This document shows positions 38,099 to 48,541 of a DNA stretch of 64,000 bases, one piece after another. Positions within the stretch are counted from its first letter, which is position 1. Every line of letters starts with the position of its first letter. Source of the DNA: an uncultured Chloroflexia bacterium (GTDB taxonomy: Bacteria; Chloroflexota; Dehalococcoidia; DSTF01; JALHUB01); the NCBI GenBank assembly GCA_963703345.1, contig OY969814.1, forward strand, positions 224,001-288,000, in the 5' to 3' direction. Position numbers and translations under genes: made by a program. The notes under the pieces were generated by a model, which saw only the letters and a program-made list of their open reading frames with translations, searched no databases and had not been told where the DNA came from.

Positions 38099-40432
38099 CT
38101 ATGGTCCGGGCGTCGGCGCGATCAGGCTGCAAGGGAACTGCGCGATCAGGCCGGTGACGTAGCGAGCGATCAGCATCGCGTCCAACATGGAGAGCCCGTT
38201 CGAACAGCTCACGTCCCCCATCGTCTCGTCGACTGTCGAGCAATCGATGAGCCCCGCGATGCACTGATTGATGCGCAAGGCGTCGATCATGGTCACGACA
38301 CCGTCTTTGTCGGCGTCGCCGAGGATGCCGACCCGAATGCTGCCATCCCTATTCACGTAGGGAATGTTTGTGCCCGTCGTGTCCTGGAGTGCGCTGATGG
38401 TCAACTGCAGCGGACCCACTGAGGTTGCGGCGCCGACGGCGGTGAAGGTGATGTCCGCGAAGGGGATGGTGCCGGTCGCGCCGGCAGACGTCCGCGCTCC
38501 TACTACAAGCACCGCGTCAAGGCCTAGGCGGTCGTTGTCCCAGTTTACATTGCAGTTGCCGTTGTCCATCACGCCGCCCGGGTTTGAGACGCAGGAGGTG
38601 GCGTGCACAACGTTCGGATCGTAGGAGACGATTATCGAGTAGTTCCCCAGGCCCGGCGTGCAGATGCCATCTGTCCGCAGGCGGACGGTGATGCTTGCGC
38701 CGGGAAGGACGCTCCCGGACCGAATGCTGACTATGCCGGTGCAGGCGGGAACAGTCGGCGTCGGGGTGCGGGTGGGTGTAGGCGTCGGCGTGTTCGTGCG
38801 GGTGGCGGTCGGTGTGGGGGTTATCGTTGCGGGCACAGGCGTCGGCGTTGGGGTCGCAGTCCGGGAGGGCGTGACGGTTGGTGTACTAACGGGTGTCGCT
38901 GTCCACGTCGGCGTTCGGGTCGCGGTTCGGGTGGGCGTAAGGGTTGGTGTGCGCGTGCTTGTGGGTGTCGCTGTCCGAGTCGGCGTCGAAGTCCTGGTGG
39001 GAGCAGCGGTCGGCGTTGCCGTAGGCGCGATTGTTGCCGTAGCTGTGCGTGTGCTGGTCGGAGATGGCGTGCGGGTGACGGTCGAGCTCGGCGTAGGCGT
39101 CTGAGTCGCTGAACCGGTGGGCGAGGGTGTGATGCCCGGCGACGCAGGAACGTCGACATAGTAAGCATAGGTTTCGATGGCGCACTCGCCGTAGCCGACC
39201 TTGAAGTAGCCGTTACCGTTCCAGGTGCTGCCCCAACTGTTCTTGACTATCCAGTAGCCTCCGGCGTCGTCGTAGCCCGTGATTACGACGGCATGGTTGG
39301 CGCCGGTGTCGGTGGTGCAATGGTAGACGCCCTGAGCGTCAAAGGTGCCGCCGTATCCGCCGCCTACTCCCATGGCAACGACCAGGGGGCCCTTGTCGAC
39401 GAGGGTCTGCTTCATCTGGGCGGCGGGAACGGCGGTGACGGCGTTAATCTTCACCGACCGGCTCTGGTAGTCGCTGCAGCGGTTGGCGCAGGTGGCGTTG
39501 CTGCAGGCGCCGCCGCTGTGATAGACGCAGTTGGAACCACAGCTCGAGCTGCAGGTGCAGTTGGACTGGTCGACGTAGGGCATGCAGGCTTCGTCCGGTA
39601 CTCCGTTGTCGCGGACGTATGAGAGGGCGCTCACGTAGTTGCCGCCGCAGCAGTTGCCGTAAGAGCCCATGGTGTAACAATCGGAGACGAGGTACTCCTC
39701 GGAGAGATCGAGGCTGAGGTTGGCATTACCGCTCTTGATGTTGTAGGTCCCTTCCGTCACGCCGGCGCTGGCGAACGCCCAGCAGGAGCCGCAGGAGCCC
39801 TGGTTCTTGACGCTGGTCATCCAGTTCTGACCGTTCTGGTTGCGCCAGTCGAAGGAGGCGGGAGCCGAGACAATGATGTCGTTGGGCTGGCCGGAAGGGG
39901 CCGGACTCTGGAGGGAGGGGACGCTGCTGCGGGTGGCCTTTCGGCTCAGGTCCATCAGGTTATCGACGGAGCCGACGTCTTGCTTGCTGCCGACAGTGAC
40001 GCATTCGGCGTAGTCGCGGGAGAGCGAGCCACGGTTGTCGCGCTTCGTGATGACGTCGAGGCCCTGCTTGGCACAATAGGAGTGTTGCTTGCCGCATTCG
40101 CCGTTGAGGAAGCTCCACTCCTCACAGCTGCTGCCGTCCGGGAAAACGCAGACTCCTTGCTCGCTGCCGTCAGCCGCGCTGGAGATGCGGTAATCGTAGC
40201 CGAGGTCCTTGCAATAGGTTGCGGCGGGATTCGCCATGCCGAGGCGGTCGCCGTTGTTGCTGCCGCCGCCGCAAGTGGCCGGCGCCTGGCTGGAGAAGTC
40301 TTGCGCGGTCGCCTGTTCAGGGGAGGCCGAATCGCGGGAAGATTCTCCGCCAGCGTGTCCAAGGATTATCCAGGATACGACGAGTACCGCAACAACCGCG
40401 GCTATGGCCGCAACAGACAGCTTGTGACGCAT
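38099..40432 (-). CDS. exported papain-like (C1A) protease with DUF333-like, PT linker, cohesin-like and dockerin domains
   Basis: MANPAATYC; [23 protein letters not shown]; TPT linker; GDADKDG..ID and GDVSCSN..LD repeats. Confidence 0.88.
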   Translation of the reverse strand: MRHKLSVAAIAAVVAVLVVSWIILGHAGGESSRDSASPEQATAQDFSSQAPATCGGGSNNGDRLGMANPAATYCKDLGYDYRISSAADGSEQGVCVFPDGSSCEEWSFLNGECGKQHSYCAKQGLDVITKRDNRGSLSRDYAECVTVGSKQDVGSVDNLMDLSRKATRSSVPSLQSPAPSGQPNDIIVSAPASFDWRNQNGQNWMTSVKNQGSCGSCWAFASAGVTEGTYNIKSGNANLSLDLSEEYLVSDCYTMGSYGNCCGGNYVSALSYVRDNGVPDEACMPYVDQSNCTCSSSCGSNCVYHSGGACSNATCANRCSDYQSRSVKINAVTAVPAAQMKQTLVDKGPLVVAMGVGGGYGGTFDAQGVYHCTTDTGANHAVVITGYDDAGGYWIVKNSWGSTWNGNGYFKVGYGECAIETYAYYVDVPASPGITPSPTGSATQTPTPSSTVTRTPSPTSTRTATATIAPTATPTAAPTRTSTPTRTATPTSTRTPTLTPTRTATRTPTWTATPVSTPTVTPSRTATPTPTPVPATITPTPTATRTNTPTPTPTRTPTPTVPACTGIVSIRSGSVLPGASITVRLRTDGICTPGLGNYSIIVSYDPNVVHATSCVSNPGGVMDNGNCNVNWDNDRLGLDAVLVVGARTSAGATGTIPFADITFTAVGAATSVGPLQLTISALQDTTGTNIPYVNRDGSIRVGILGDADKDGVVTMIDALRINQCIAGLIDCSTVDETMGDVSCSNGLSMLDAMLIARYVTGLIAQFPCSLIAPTPGP

Positions 40433-40630
40433 AGTCTACCCCCTGGCTCCAGAGAAGATGGTCCCGTTTCAATTTATCGACTGGTCGGCAGGAATCTGTT
40501 CGAAAGCGGCAAGAGCGAGGGCCTGCTCAGGGCGCGAACCAGGAGCAGCAGGATACGGGGGCGGAGGTCTCGGGAGTAAGGATGACGAAGCTTGCTATGG
40601 GGCGTTTTGAAGAGCGTCCGGAGAGAGAGT

Positions 40631-40706
40631 TGGCGTCCCTGGAGGGATTCGAACCCCCGACCCGCTGCTTAGAAGGCAGCCGCTCTATCCCCTGAGCTAC
40701 AGGGAC
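40631..40706 (-). tRNA. tRNA-Arg(UCU)
   Basis: GTCCCTG-TA-GCTC-AGGGGATA-GAGC-G-GCTGC-CTTCTAA-GCAGC-GGGTC-GGGGG-TTCGAAT-CCCTC-CAGGGAC-G-CCA. Confidence 0.97.
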
Positions 40707-40714
40707 GCTTCAGA

Positions 40715-41203
40715 CTACTGTCGCGCGGTCTCTACTTTGTAGTAGTTGCCTCGCGCCCTGTCGCTGTGCCGAATGTCGACTATCCGCAGGCCACTGAGGT
40801 CGGGACTTGTTGTTACGTACTTCTGAAGCCAGCGACCCAGGGGCTGCGCGGCGAGCACGGCGAGCATGGAGGCGAGCAGAACGCTGGGGAGTCTTTCCCA
40901 GCGATTGCGGTTGCCGGCGCTTAGTGTCGAAGCAAGGCCGGCCATGACTCCGGCGACGACGAGGTTCGTTCCGCATAGTGGCGAAACCGCCAGCACCGAC
41001 TCGCCGGCTTGCAGGCGGCTAAGTCCCTGCGCGGCGGACTCCTGGACGTCCTGCGGAGGAACGTTGCCGTAGATGTAGAAGCCGCCGGCGGTGGCGCGAC
41101 CAACGAGGCGGACGTCCGGGCCAAGCCGCCCCATGAGGATAGATATGGTTGCGTGTTCCAAAGCGTGGTTCCGGCGAACGGAACCTATTAGTCGATTCAA
41201 CAT
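40715..41203 (-). CDS. DUF6391-like protein
   Basis: RRNHALEHAT...LAVSPLCGTN...LQKYVTT pattern; GGAGGAG RBS. Confidence 0.7.
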   Translation of the reverse strand: MLNRLIGSVRRNHALEHATISILMGRLGPDVRLVGRATAGGFYIYGNVPPQDVQESAAQGLSRLQAGESVLAVSPLCGTNLVVAGVMAGLASTLSAGNRNRWERLPSVLLASMLAVLAAQPLGRWLQKYVTTSPDLSGLRIVDIRHSDRARGNYYKVETARQ

Positions 41204-41279
41204 CTCTCCTCCCAATCCCACTTCGAGTATATCACAGGGTTATCGGCGCGCCGATGACGAGGCTGTTGGCCCCGGTAGG

Positions 41280-42617
41280 CTAGTTCTTCGTTACTCCAGG
41301 GAGGCCTGTCTTGCCGGAAGACGACGCGGTCACGTTCAGCGTACGCTTCTCGCCGGTTTGCGGTGCGGAGATCGTGACGGTGGCCTGCGCGGCGCCTTTC
41401 GGCAGTTGTGCGGAGTTGACCGTCAGAGTCAGCTTGCCGTCGCGAACACAGTTGGCGCCGGCGGTGCAAGCGACGTCGCTGCCGAGGGCGACGCCAGCAG
41501 AAGGCGAAATGGTAAGCCAAGAAGCCGAGGACGTGGCTCCCCAGACGAGGATGCCGGTGCCGTCGTTGCCCAGTTCAACGTCTTGAGGGGTGAAGGTCTT
41601 GCCGGCGCCGAGGGACAACGAGACGTCGGAACTGTAGACGTCGAGCTTGGGGGCAGCGAGGATGGCCGACGACGCAGACGCTGCCGGCCTCTGCGTCGAG
41701 TCAACGTGCCAGGGGAACGGAGTCGGTATGTCCATGTTGACGTAGGGGGCGAGCCAGTTGGCGAGCTGAAGAGGATTGCGCCACTTCGGGTCGCTCAGGT
41801 CCGGCAGGGTGAGGGTGAACGGCTGCCAGAGTTGCTTGCCGTCGACGACGGGAGGGTTGCCGGCGCAGCCCCAGACCAACTCCTGATAGGGATATTTGCT
41901 GCGGTCGTGGCCGAAGCCGTCGGTACCGGGGCCGCAGCTATAGGGAGTGCGCGGCCAGGGGGCGTAGATGGGGTCGAGAGGATGATTGCTGCGATTGGCG
42001 CCGGGGCCGCTGAAGCCGTTGTAACTCCAGACAGCGAAATACCAGTTTTCGACGATGCCCGGGTCGCCGCTTGTATCGGTCCCGGCGATGGGCCGGCTCT
42101 CCGGCGCAGAGTTCCATTTGTCGGCGAGGATGGCGCCGCCGCGGGCGATGTTATAGGCGTAGTGAGTCGCGACGAGGAGTTGTTCCGGCGTGATGGTGTT
42201 ATTGCTGCCGAGGGGCACAGTCATGCCGCTGGTCACCTGCATTACGCCGTGACCGCAATCCTTGGAGATGAGCGCGGGCCCGATGCCGTCGAAGGGGGAG
42301 TTGCGCGTCTGAGCGATCGAGCTCTCGATCCAGCCGATCGACCTCAGGAGGATCGGCGGGATGACCGGCTCAACGCTAACGCGCACCTGCCGAGGTCCCT
42401 TCTCCAGCCGCGGGAGGCCGAAGTAGGTGTTGCCGGGAGCGATCAGGTTGAAGGCTGCCAGGTCCATGGCGGCGAGGTCCAGGGAGCGGTCCTTGGGACC
42501 TTCGTAGGCCATGGGCGTGACGGCGAAGGCGCAGGCGTCAGCGCGTAACGGTTTCCCACCCGTTGATGCCAGCGCGGCGACGACCACCACCAGAGCCAGA
42601 AAAGCAATTCGCTTCAC
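41280..42617 (-). CDS. secreted lysozyme-like/lytic transglycosylase protein with BACON-like domain
   Basis: Signal peptide; IGWIES, GVMQV, NIARG, WSYNG motifs; C-terminal L.W..TSSASWLTISP. Confidence 0.7.
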   Translation of the reverse strand: MKRIAFLALVVVVAALASTGGKPLRADACAFAVTPMAYEGPKDRSLDLAAMDLAAFNLIAPGNTYFGLPRLEKGPRQVRVSVEPVIPPILLRSIGWIESSIAQTRNSPFDGIGPALISKDCGHGVMQVTSGMTVPLGSNNTITPEQLLVATHYAYNIARGGAILADKWNSAPESRPIAGTDTSGDPGIVENWYFAVWSYNGFSGPGANRSNHPLDPIYAPWPRTPYSCGPGTDGFGHDRSKYPYQELVWGCAGNPPVVDGKQLWQPFTLTLPDLSDPKWRNPLQLANWLAPYVNMDIPTPFPWHVDSTQRPAASASSAILAAPKLDVYSSDVSLSLGAGKTFTPQDVELGNDGTGILVWGATSSASWLTISPSAGVALGSDVACTAGANCVRDGKLTLTVNSAQLPKGAAQATVTISAPQTGEKRTLNVTASSSGKTGLPGVTKN

Positions 42618-43759
42618 CGCGCGCTGCCCTCCTCTGTCCGCCAACCAAGGACATCGACGTCGCTGCTAGACGAGACGGTACGGCGCATGCCGTCGGCGCC
42701 GGCGACGGTGACCCAACTGCGACCCGGATCGGTCACTGAGTTGCCCTCGTAGAACCGAACGGCCAGGTAGGCGGCGTCCGGCGACCACGACAGGGGGACG
42801 TCAAAGCCCCGCGGCGGCGCGGCGAGCAAGCGCACGGGCGGCCCGCCGAGAGCAACGACCTGAAGCACCGGCGCGCCGCTGTCTGCCCGCGAATTCAGCC
42901 GGCCGATGGTGACGCCGCTGCCGTCGGGGCGCCAGATGGGGCTGAACTCATCCATGCCGCTGGCGGAGACGGCAGAGGCATTGAACGACTTGTCGGACGC
43001 GACGTCCAGCACCTCGGCGCCGTAGGAAATCCTGTCGCCGGACGACCGGGCGGCGAGAAAGGAGAGCTGCTTGCCGTCGGGCGAGAGGTGCCAGTCTCGG
43101 ACGAAGTCGTCGCTGAGATGAGCGACGGCGTCGTCGTCGCTGCCGTCCGGCCGGATGACGCCGAGGTCGCTGCCCGCAGGGGATAGGCGCAGGTAGAAGA
43201 GGGCGCCGGCGGGCGTGAAGCCGACGGGGAGGAGACCGTCGGCGGAATCGTAGAGCGTTGTCTCGTCGCCTCCGGTGGTGACGGCGACGAGCTGGAAGCG
43301 GCCGGTGCTGCTATCGCTGCGGCGGAAGACGACGGCGGCGCCATCCGGCGACCAGACCGGCGCGACGGGCAGATCGGCGTCGGAGGCGAGTCGCTTGCGG
43401 TTGTGGCCGTCGGCGTCCATCACCCATATTTCCGCCGGCGAGTCGATGGCGGGCACGGCGTCGGGCGGCAGTACCGTGTAGGCGACACGTTTGCGGTCGG
43501 GAGAAAGGGCGGCGGATATGCCGTACTCCGGTGCGTGAGCGATCGTGGCCAGACGGGTGCGTTGGCTCGGGTCGTCTGCGCGGGCGGACCAGATGGTGTC
43601 GCTGCCGGAGCCGAACTCGGAGTAGACGAGAAGGGGAGGGCCGCCGGCCTTGACAGAGCCTTCGCTGCCTCTGACGAAAGCGCCTATTCCCGCGCAGAGG
43701 CCGCCGGCGAGAGCTATGACCACGGCTGCGGCGAAGGCAACCTTGCCGGCTCGCTTCAT
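42614..43759 (-). CDS. secreted TolB-like beta-propeller protein
   Basis: Repeated SPDR/WSPDG/LSPDG/WRPDG blades; N-terminal hydrophobic segment. Confidence 0.8.
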   Translation of the reverse strand: MKRAGKVAFAAAVVIALAGGLCAGIGAFVRGSEGSVKAGGPPLLVYSEFGSGSDTIWSARADDPSQRTRLATIAHAPEYGISAALSPDRKRVAYTVLPPDAVPAIDSPAEIWVMDADGHNRKRLASDADLPVAPVWSPDGAAVVFRRSDSSTGRFQLVAVTTGGDETTLYDSADGLLPVGFTPAGALFYLRLSPAGSDLGVIRPDGSDDDAVAHLSDDFVRDWHLSPDGKQLSFLAARSSGDRISYGAEVLDVASDKSFNASAVSASGMDEFSPIWRPDGSGVTIGRLNSRADSGAPVLQVVALGGPPVRLLAAPPRGFDVPLSWSPDAAYLAVRFYEGNSVTDPGRSWVTVAGADGMRRTVSSSSDVDVLGWRTEEGSAR

Positions 43760-43866
43760 GATGCGCACAGCGCTTGCGGCCAAGACCATCCCTCGCTTGG
43801 CGATTGCAGGCCGACCGGGCCGCGCGCTTCAGCCTATCGGACCGATCCCCTGCCTTCTGACTCCGC

Positions 43867-44523
43867 CTACGCCCTTGGCTCCGATGGCTCCGGTTTCTGC
43901 CAGAACCTCCTGGCGTGCCGGTAGACGTACCAGGCAATCAGCGCCACCAGCACGATGAGAATCGGCAGGTCTGCCGGTCGCATCCAGTTGCGGATCCTCT
44001 CCCAGTGGGTGCCCAGCGCGTAACCCGCCCAGGCCAGCCCCAGTGACCAGGGAAAGGAGCCGACAAACGTGTAAATGCTGAACCGCCAGACGTTCATGCG
44101 CGCGATGCCCGCCGGCAGGCTGATGAAAGTCCGCAAAACAGGCAGGACGCGCGAGAAGAATATAGCCCAGGTGCCGTACTTTGTAAACCACCGCTCCGCC
44201 ACGTCGAGATCGTGGGGTGACATGAGGACGAAGCGACCGAAGCGGTTGACGAGGGGCCGCCCGCCGCGGGCGCCGACGTAGTAGGCGGCGAGGGAGCCGC
44301 CAAGGTTGCCGACCGCGCCGACAAAGGCGGCCACGAAGAGCCAGGGGATGCCCAGCCCGTGATCCTTGACGAGCATCCAGCCCGCCAGGGGCATGATTAT
44401 CTCGCTGGGAAGGGGGATGCAGGCGCTCTCGAGGGCCATGAGCAGCGCGACGCCGGGCCAGGAGATGACGTCGTACGTGCCGCGTATGAAGTCGAGCAGT
44501 GCGTTCTCTATGCCGCCGGTCAG
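43867..44523 (-). CDS. DedA family membrane protein (probable CTG start)
   Basis: LMALESACIPLPSE, WFTKYG, RVLPVLRTFISLPAG; in-frame extension up to CTG 44523. Confidence 0.92.
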   Translation of the reverse strand: MTGGIENALLDFIRGTYDVISWPGVALLMALESACIPLPSEIIMPLAGWMLVKDHGLGIPWLFVAAFVGAVGNLGGSLAAYYVGARGGRPLVNRFGRFVLMSPHDLDVAERWFTKYGTWAIFFSRVLPVLRTFISLPAGIARMNVWRFSIYTFVGSFPWSLGLAWAGYALGTHWERIRNWMRPADLPILIVLVALIAWYVYRHARRFWQKPEPSEPRA

Positions 44524-44584
44524 TTTCTATATCTCCCCACGTGTCTATTCGCTGGCCGAGTCTAGCAAGGCGTGAATCCGGCTG

Positions 44585-44857
44585 TCAAGGCACGGGCCAG
44601 GGTTGGCCGTCATGGCGCATCGTCGATTTGCGGATGACGTGGGCGCGGGTCCAGCGGCCGCAGCGCGGGCAGCGCAGGAGCTTCCAGCCGCCCGAGAAGT
44701 CGAAGGCGTGAGGGCTGATGAAGTCCAGCGGAGCGGAAATCGCGAACTCGTTGTCACAGTTCCGGCAGCGATAGGCGAAGGTGCGGGTGTGCCAGGTGAC
44801 GACGAGCAGGAGAGCGCCAACGGCCAGAACCAGCCCGATGATCATCCACATCCTCAT
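44585..44857 (-). CDS. small membrane-anchored zinc-ribbon protein
   Basis: TM helix, YRCRNC and LRCPRCG. Confidence 0.7.
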   Translation of the reverse strand: MRMWMIIGLVLAVGALLLVVTWHTRTFAYRCRNCDNEFAISAPLDFISPHAFDFSGGWKLLRCPRCGRWTRAHVIRKSTMRHDGQPWPVP

Positions 44858-44976
44858 ACCAGTTTGCGGCGTTGCGAGTGGAAGGTCAATCGCCGTCGAG
44901 GGCGGGCGGCATGCGGAGATGGGACGCCGTCAGAGGCGGTGCTATAATATTCGTGACAAATGCTAAGGGTCATGAA

Positions 44977-45702
44977 TTGATATTTCTGGCGTATTCCGAT
45001 CTGCTGCGCGTCAGCCTGACGCTTTTCCTTGCTTTCTTCGGCTCGGTCATCGGGGCGTTGCTCGTCGGCATCACCTTCCACGAGTTCAGCCATTGCCTGA
45101 CGGCGTCTCTTCTCGGCGACCCGACGGCGCGCAACATGGGCCGCCTGACGTTGAACCCAAAGGCCCACCTCGATCCGATGGGCGCCATGCTGCTGCTTAT
45201 GGTGGGCTTCGGCTGGGGCAAGCCAGCGCCGGTGAACCCGTACCGCCTGAGCATCGGACCAAAGGCGGGTATGGCGGTGGTGGCAGCAGCGGGGCCGCTG
45301 TCCAACTTGGTGATTGCTGGGCTTGCCGGTTTTCCGATACACGCCGGACTTCTGCCCTGGCACACGCCGTTCGTCGTCTATAGCAGCGCGATGCATTGGA
45401 CGAGCCAGGACTACCTGGGCCTCTTCCTTAGCTCGACGGTCATATTCAACATCATCCTTGCTCTCTTCAACCTGCTGCCGCTGGCTCCCCTCGACGGCTT
45501 TCGTATCGCCGTCGGCATCCTGCCGCAAGACCTGTCTATAGCGGTGGCGAGGCTGGAGCCTTACGGCATGGCCATCCTCCTAATCATCTTCATGCTGCCC
45601 TGGATGACCGGCGGCCATTACGGGATCTTTCAGACCCTATCTCCCGCCATCGATCGCTTGGCGAGCGCTTTTACGGGGATGAACGGTGGCGTTTTTGGCT
45701 AG
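44977..45702 (+). CDS. site-2 protease (M50)
   Basis: HEFSH, GRLTLNP, AAAGPLSN, FNLLPLAPLDG. Confidence 0.93.
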   Translation: MIFLAYSDLLRVSLTLFLAFFGSVIGALLVGITFHEFSHCLTASLLGDPTARNMGRLTLNPKAHLDPMGAMLLLMVGFGWGKPAPVNPYRLSIGPKAGMAVVAAAGPLSNLVIAGLAGFPIHAGLLPWHTPFVVYSSAMHWTSQDYLGLFLSSTVIFNIILALFNLLPLAPLDGFRIAVGILPQDLSIAVARLEPYGMAILLIIFMLPWMTGGHYGIFQTLSPAIDRLASAFTGMNGGVFG

Positions 45703-46195
45703 GAGCCTTTACCGTTCGCGCCAGTTCTTCCGTTCCGTCGGCGCGTCGATTACGGACGAGGAGAAGGGAGAGGTCGCGGGCCGGTTGAGCAGCGAGCAGC
45801 AACGGCTCTTCTTCGCCATGACCGCGCGCGACCAGCGCCACTCTCTGGACGTCTTCCACCTTTTGCTGCGACACGGCCAGACCGACGAGGAGCTGCTCTC
45901 GGCCGCGCTCCTGCACGACACCGGCAAGGGGCGCGTCAGGGTCTGGCATCGCGTTGTCTACGTGCTGTTGCGGGCGACCTCAAAGCGGCTGTTTGATAGA
46001 GTAGCCTCGATCGAGAGCGGATCGTGGCGCGGTGCGCTGGCCGCTATCGCCGACCATTCGCGTCGCGGCGCCGTGCTGGCCGGGGCAGCGGGCGCGTCCG
46101 AAGGCACGGTGCGGCTCATCCGGCAGCACGAGGAAACCGAAGGCGATCTCGATCCGCGCGTCTCGACATTGCGGGCGGCGGACGAGTCCTGCTGA
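45686..46195 (+). CDS. HD-domain protein
   Basis: DQRHS, AALLHDTGK, IRQHE, LRAAD. Confidence 0.85.
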   Translation: MAFLARSLYRSRQFFRSVGASITDEEKGEVAGRLSSEQQRLFFAMTARDQRHSLDVFHLLLRHGQTDEELLSAALLHDTGKGRVRVWHRVVYVLLRATSKRLFDRVASIESGSWRGALAAIADHSRRGAVLAGAAGASEGTVRLIRQHEETEGDLDPRVSTLRAADESC

Positions 46196-46217
46196 GAGCG
46201 CGAATCCAGGAGGCGGC

Positions 46218-47237
46218 TTGGCGAAGATAGCGATCATCGGGCTGGGACTGATCGGCGGTTCGCTGGGGCTGGCGCTAAAGCGTTCGCGGCTGCGGGACGC
46301 CGAGATCGTCGGCTTTTCCCGCAGCGTGGAGACGCGGGAGAAGGCCAGAAAGGCGGGCGCCATCGACCGCGCGGCCTCGGATGCGCAGGAGGCCGCCAGG
46401 GACGCGGCCATCGTCATCATCGCCACACCCATCCTCACCATCCGCAAGACGATGGAGGACATCGCCTCCGTTCTGCCCGCGAACTGCGTCGTTACCGACG
46501 TCGCCAGCACGAAGGCGCAGGTCATGAGATGGGCCGCGGAGCTTCTGCCCGCGCAGGTGAGCTTCGTCGGAGGGCACCCGATGGCCGGGAAAGAGCAGTC
46601 CGGCGTCGACGCGGCGGACGCGGCGCTGTTCGAAGGCAAACCGTACTGCGTCGTGCCGTCGCCGCAAGCGGACGAGGCGGCAGTGAACGCGGTGGTCGGG
46701 ATCGCGGAGCTTGTCGGGGCGACGCCCTTGTTCATGGACGCGGAGGAGCACGACAGCTACGTCGCCGCCGTCAGCCACCTGCCGCTGGTCCTGTCGACGG
46801 CGCTGTTCTCGTTGGTGCGGGAGAGCGCGGCCTGGCCGGAGATGTCGCGGCTGGCGTCGAGCGGCTTCCGCGACGTGACGCGGCTGGCCTCCGGCAGCCC
46901 GGAGATGAGCGAGGACATCTGCCGGACGAATCGCGAGAACGTCATCCACTGGCTGGACCGTATGGTCGCGGAAATCCGGAAGTACCGCGAACTGATCGAA
47001 AGCGACGACGAAGAGGCGCTGTTCCAGGCATTCGCGAAAGCGAAGCGGGAGCGCGGCGAGTTCCTCGCCGGCGGCGCCCCACCGCGTCGAGAAGAGCTTC
47101 CGGCGGAGGCGGGCGTCAGCGTGAGCGACCTGCTGCTGGGCCGCTGGGCCACGCAGCGCACGCGCGAGATAATGAAGGCGCTGGAGAAGGAGCCGCCGTC
47201 GCAGCGGCGAAGGGAACGCCCGACGAAAGAGCGCTGA
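46218..47237 (+). CDS. tyrA: prephenate dehydrogenase
   Basis: IIGLGLIGGS, TDVASTK, GGHPMAG, HD..VAAVSHLP, GFRDVTRLA. Confidence 0.94.
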   Translation: MAKIAIIGLGLIGGSLGLALKRSRLRDAEIVGFSRSVETREKARKAGAIDRAASDAQEAARDAAIVIIATPILTIRKTMEDIASVLPANCVVTDVASTKAQVMRWAAELLPAQVSFVGGHPMAGKEQSGVDAADAALFEGKPYCVVPSPQADEAAVNAVVGIAELVGATPLFMDAEEHDSYVAAVSHLPLVLSTALFSLVRESAAWPEMSRLASSGFRDVTRLASGSPEMSEDICRTNRENVIHWLDRMVAEIRKYRELIESDDEEALFQAFAKAKRERGEFLAGGAPPRREELPAEAGVSVSDLLLGRWATQRTREIMKALEKEPPSQRRRERPTKER

Positions 47238-48541
47238 TGCAGAGAAGGATCTCGTCGCCGCGCAGGTTTGGCGGCTCGCTGACCGTGCCGCCCGACAAAT
47301 CGATCTCCCATCGCGCCGCCATCCTCAACGCCATCGCCGACGGCCCGGCAGCCGTCGAAAACTTCCTGCCCGCCGCCGATTGCCTGGCGACGCTGGCGTG
47401 CCTGCGGTCGCTCGGCGTCGAATGGTCGCTCGAAGAGAAGCGAGACGGCGGCAGCGACCTGGCGATCGAGGGCAAGGGGCTCGCCGGCCTGCGCGAAAGC
47501 TCGGACGTCCTAGACGCCGCTAACTCCGGCACGACGCTTCGCCTGCTGGCCGGTCTTCTCGCGGGGCGGCCGTTTCTTTCCATCCTCACTGGCGACGAAT
47601 CGCTGCGCTCGCGGCCGATGGCGCGCGTCGTCGAGCCGTTGCGGCAGATGGGGGCTCAAGTGTGGGCGCGCGACAGCGATACGTTGGCGCCGCTGGCCGT
47701 CCGCGGCGGGCGATTGCGCGGCATCACGTACCATTCGCCGGTTGCAAGCGCGCAGGTGAAGTCGGCGGTGCTGTTGGCCGGCCTTCAGGCGGAGGGCGAG
47801 ACGCTCTTCGCGGAGCCGGCGCGCTCCCGCGACCACACGGAGCGCATGCTGCTCGCCATGGGCGCCGATCGCAAGGAAGAGGGCGGCATGCTGCGGCTGA
47901 GGCCGCTGGAGCGGGATCTGACGCCGCTGAATCTCTCCGTCCCAGGCGATTTCAGCGCCGCCGCTTTCTGGCTGGTCGCGGCCGCATTGCATCCGAACGC
48001 GGAAGTCACGTTGCGGGGCGTCGGCGTAAACCCGACGCGGACGGGCCTGCTGGACGTGCTGCGCGAGATGGGTGCCGATGTGGTCATGAGCAATGAGAGG
48101 ATGGAAGCCGGCGAGCCGGTCGCGGAGCTACAGGCGCGGTCGAGCAGACTGAAGGGCGTGACCTTGGGAGGAGCGACGGTCGTGCGACTCATCGACGAGG
48201 TGCCGGATCTCGCGGTTGCGGCCGCGTTGGCGGAGGGTCGGACGGTGCTGCGCGACCTCGGCGAGTTGCGCGTCAAGGAGTCGGACCGGGTGGGCCTGAT
48301 GGTGCGGGAAATGCGGCGAATGGGCGCGACTATCGACGAGGAGGGCGACTCGCTGGTCATCGAAGGGAAGGAACGGCTCAAGGGCGCGACGTGCGACAGC
48401 CACGGCGACCACCGTCTGGCGATGGCGCTTGCGGTGGCGGGCCTTCTCGCGGAGGGAGAGACCGTCATCGAGAACGCGGAGGCGACCGAGGTGTCCTATC
48501 CGGGCTTCTGGCGCGACCTGGAGGCGCTGGCAACGCAATGA
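47237..48541 (+). CDS. aroA: EPSP synthase
   Basis: DKSISHR, NSGTT.RL, SAQVKSA, RDHTE, NPTR, ELRVKESDR, DHR. Confidence 0.97.
   Translation: MQRRISSPRRFGGSLTVPPDKSISHRAAILNAIADGPAAVENFLPAADCLATLACLRSLGVEWSLEEKRDGGSDLAIEGKGLAGLRESSDVLDAANSGTTLRLLAGLLAGRPFLSILTGDESLRSRPMARVVEPLRQMGAQVWARDSDTLAPLAVRGGRLRGITYHSPVASAQVKSAVLLAGLQAEGETLFAEPARSRDHTERMLLAMGADRKEEGGMLRLRPLERDLTPLNLSVPGDFSAAAFWLVAAALHPNAEVTLRGVGVNPTRTGLLDVLREMGADVVMSNERMEAGEPVAELQARSSRLKGVTLGGATVVRLIDEVPDLAVAAALAEGRTVLRDLGELRVKESDRVGLMVREMRRMGATIDEEGDSLVIEGKERLKGATCDSHGDHRLAMALAVAGLLAEGETVIENAEATEVSYPGFWRDLEALATQ

Noticed and set aside
38750-39130. Repetitive GT-rich tract resembling an array (also 3800-3930, 6730-6850)
   Set aside because: Encodes Pro/Thr linkers; no constant repeat-spacer period and no cas genes, so not CRISPR.
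46529-47236. Long N-terminal extension on aroA in the ORF track
   Set aside because: Alternate frame of tyrA; aroA begins at ATG 47237 overlapping the tyrA stop.
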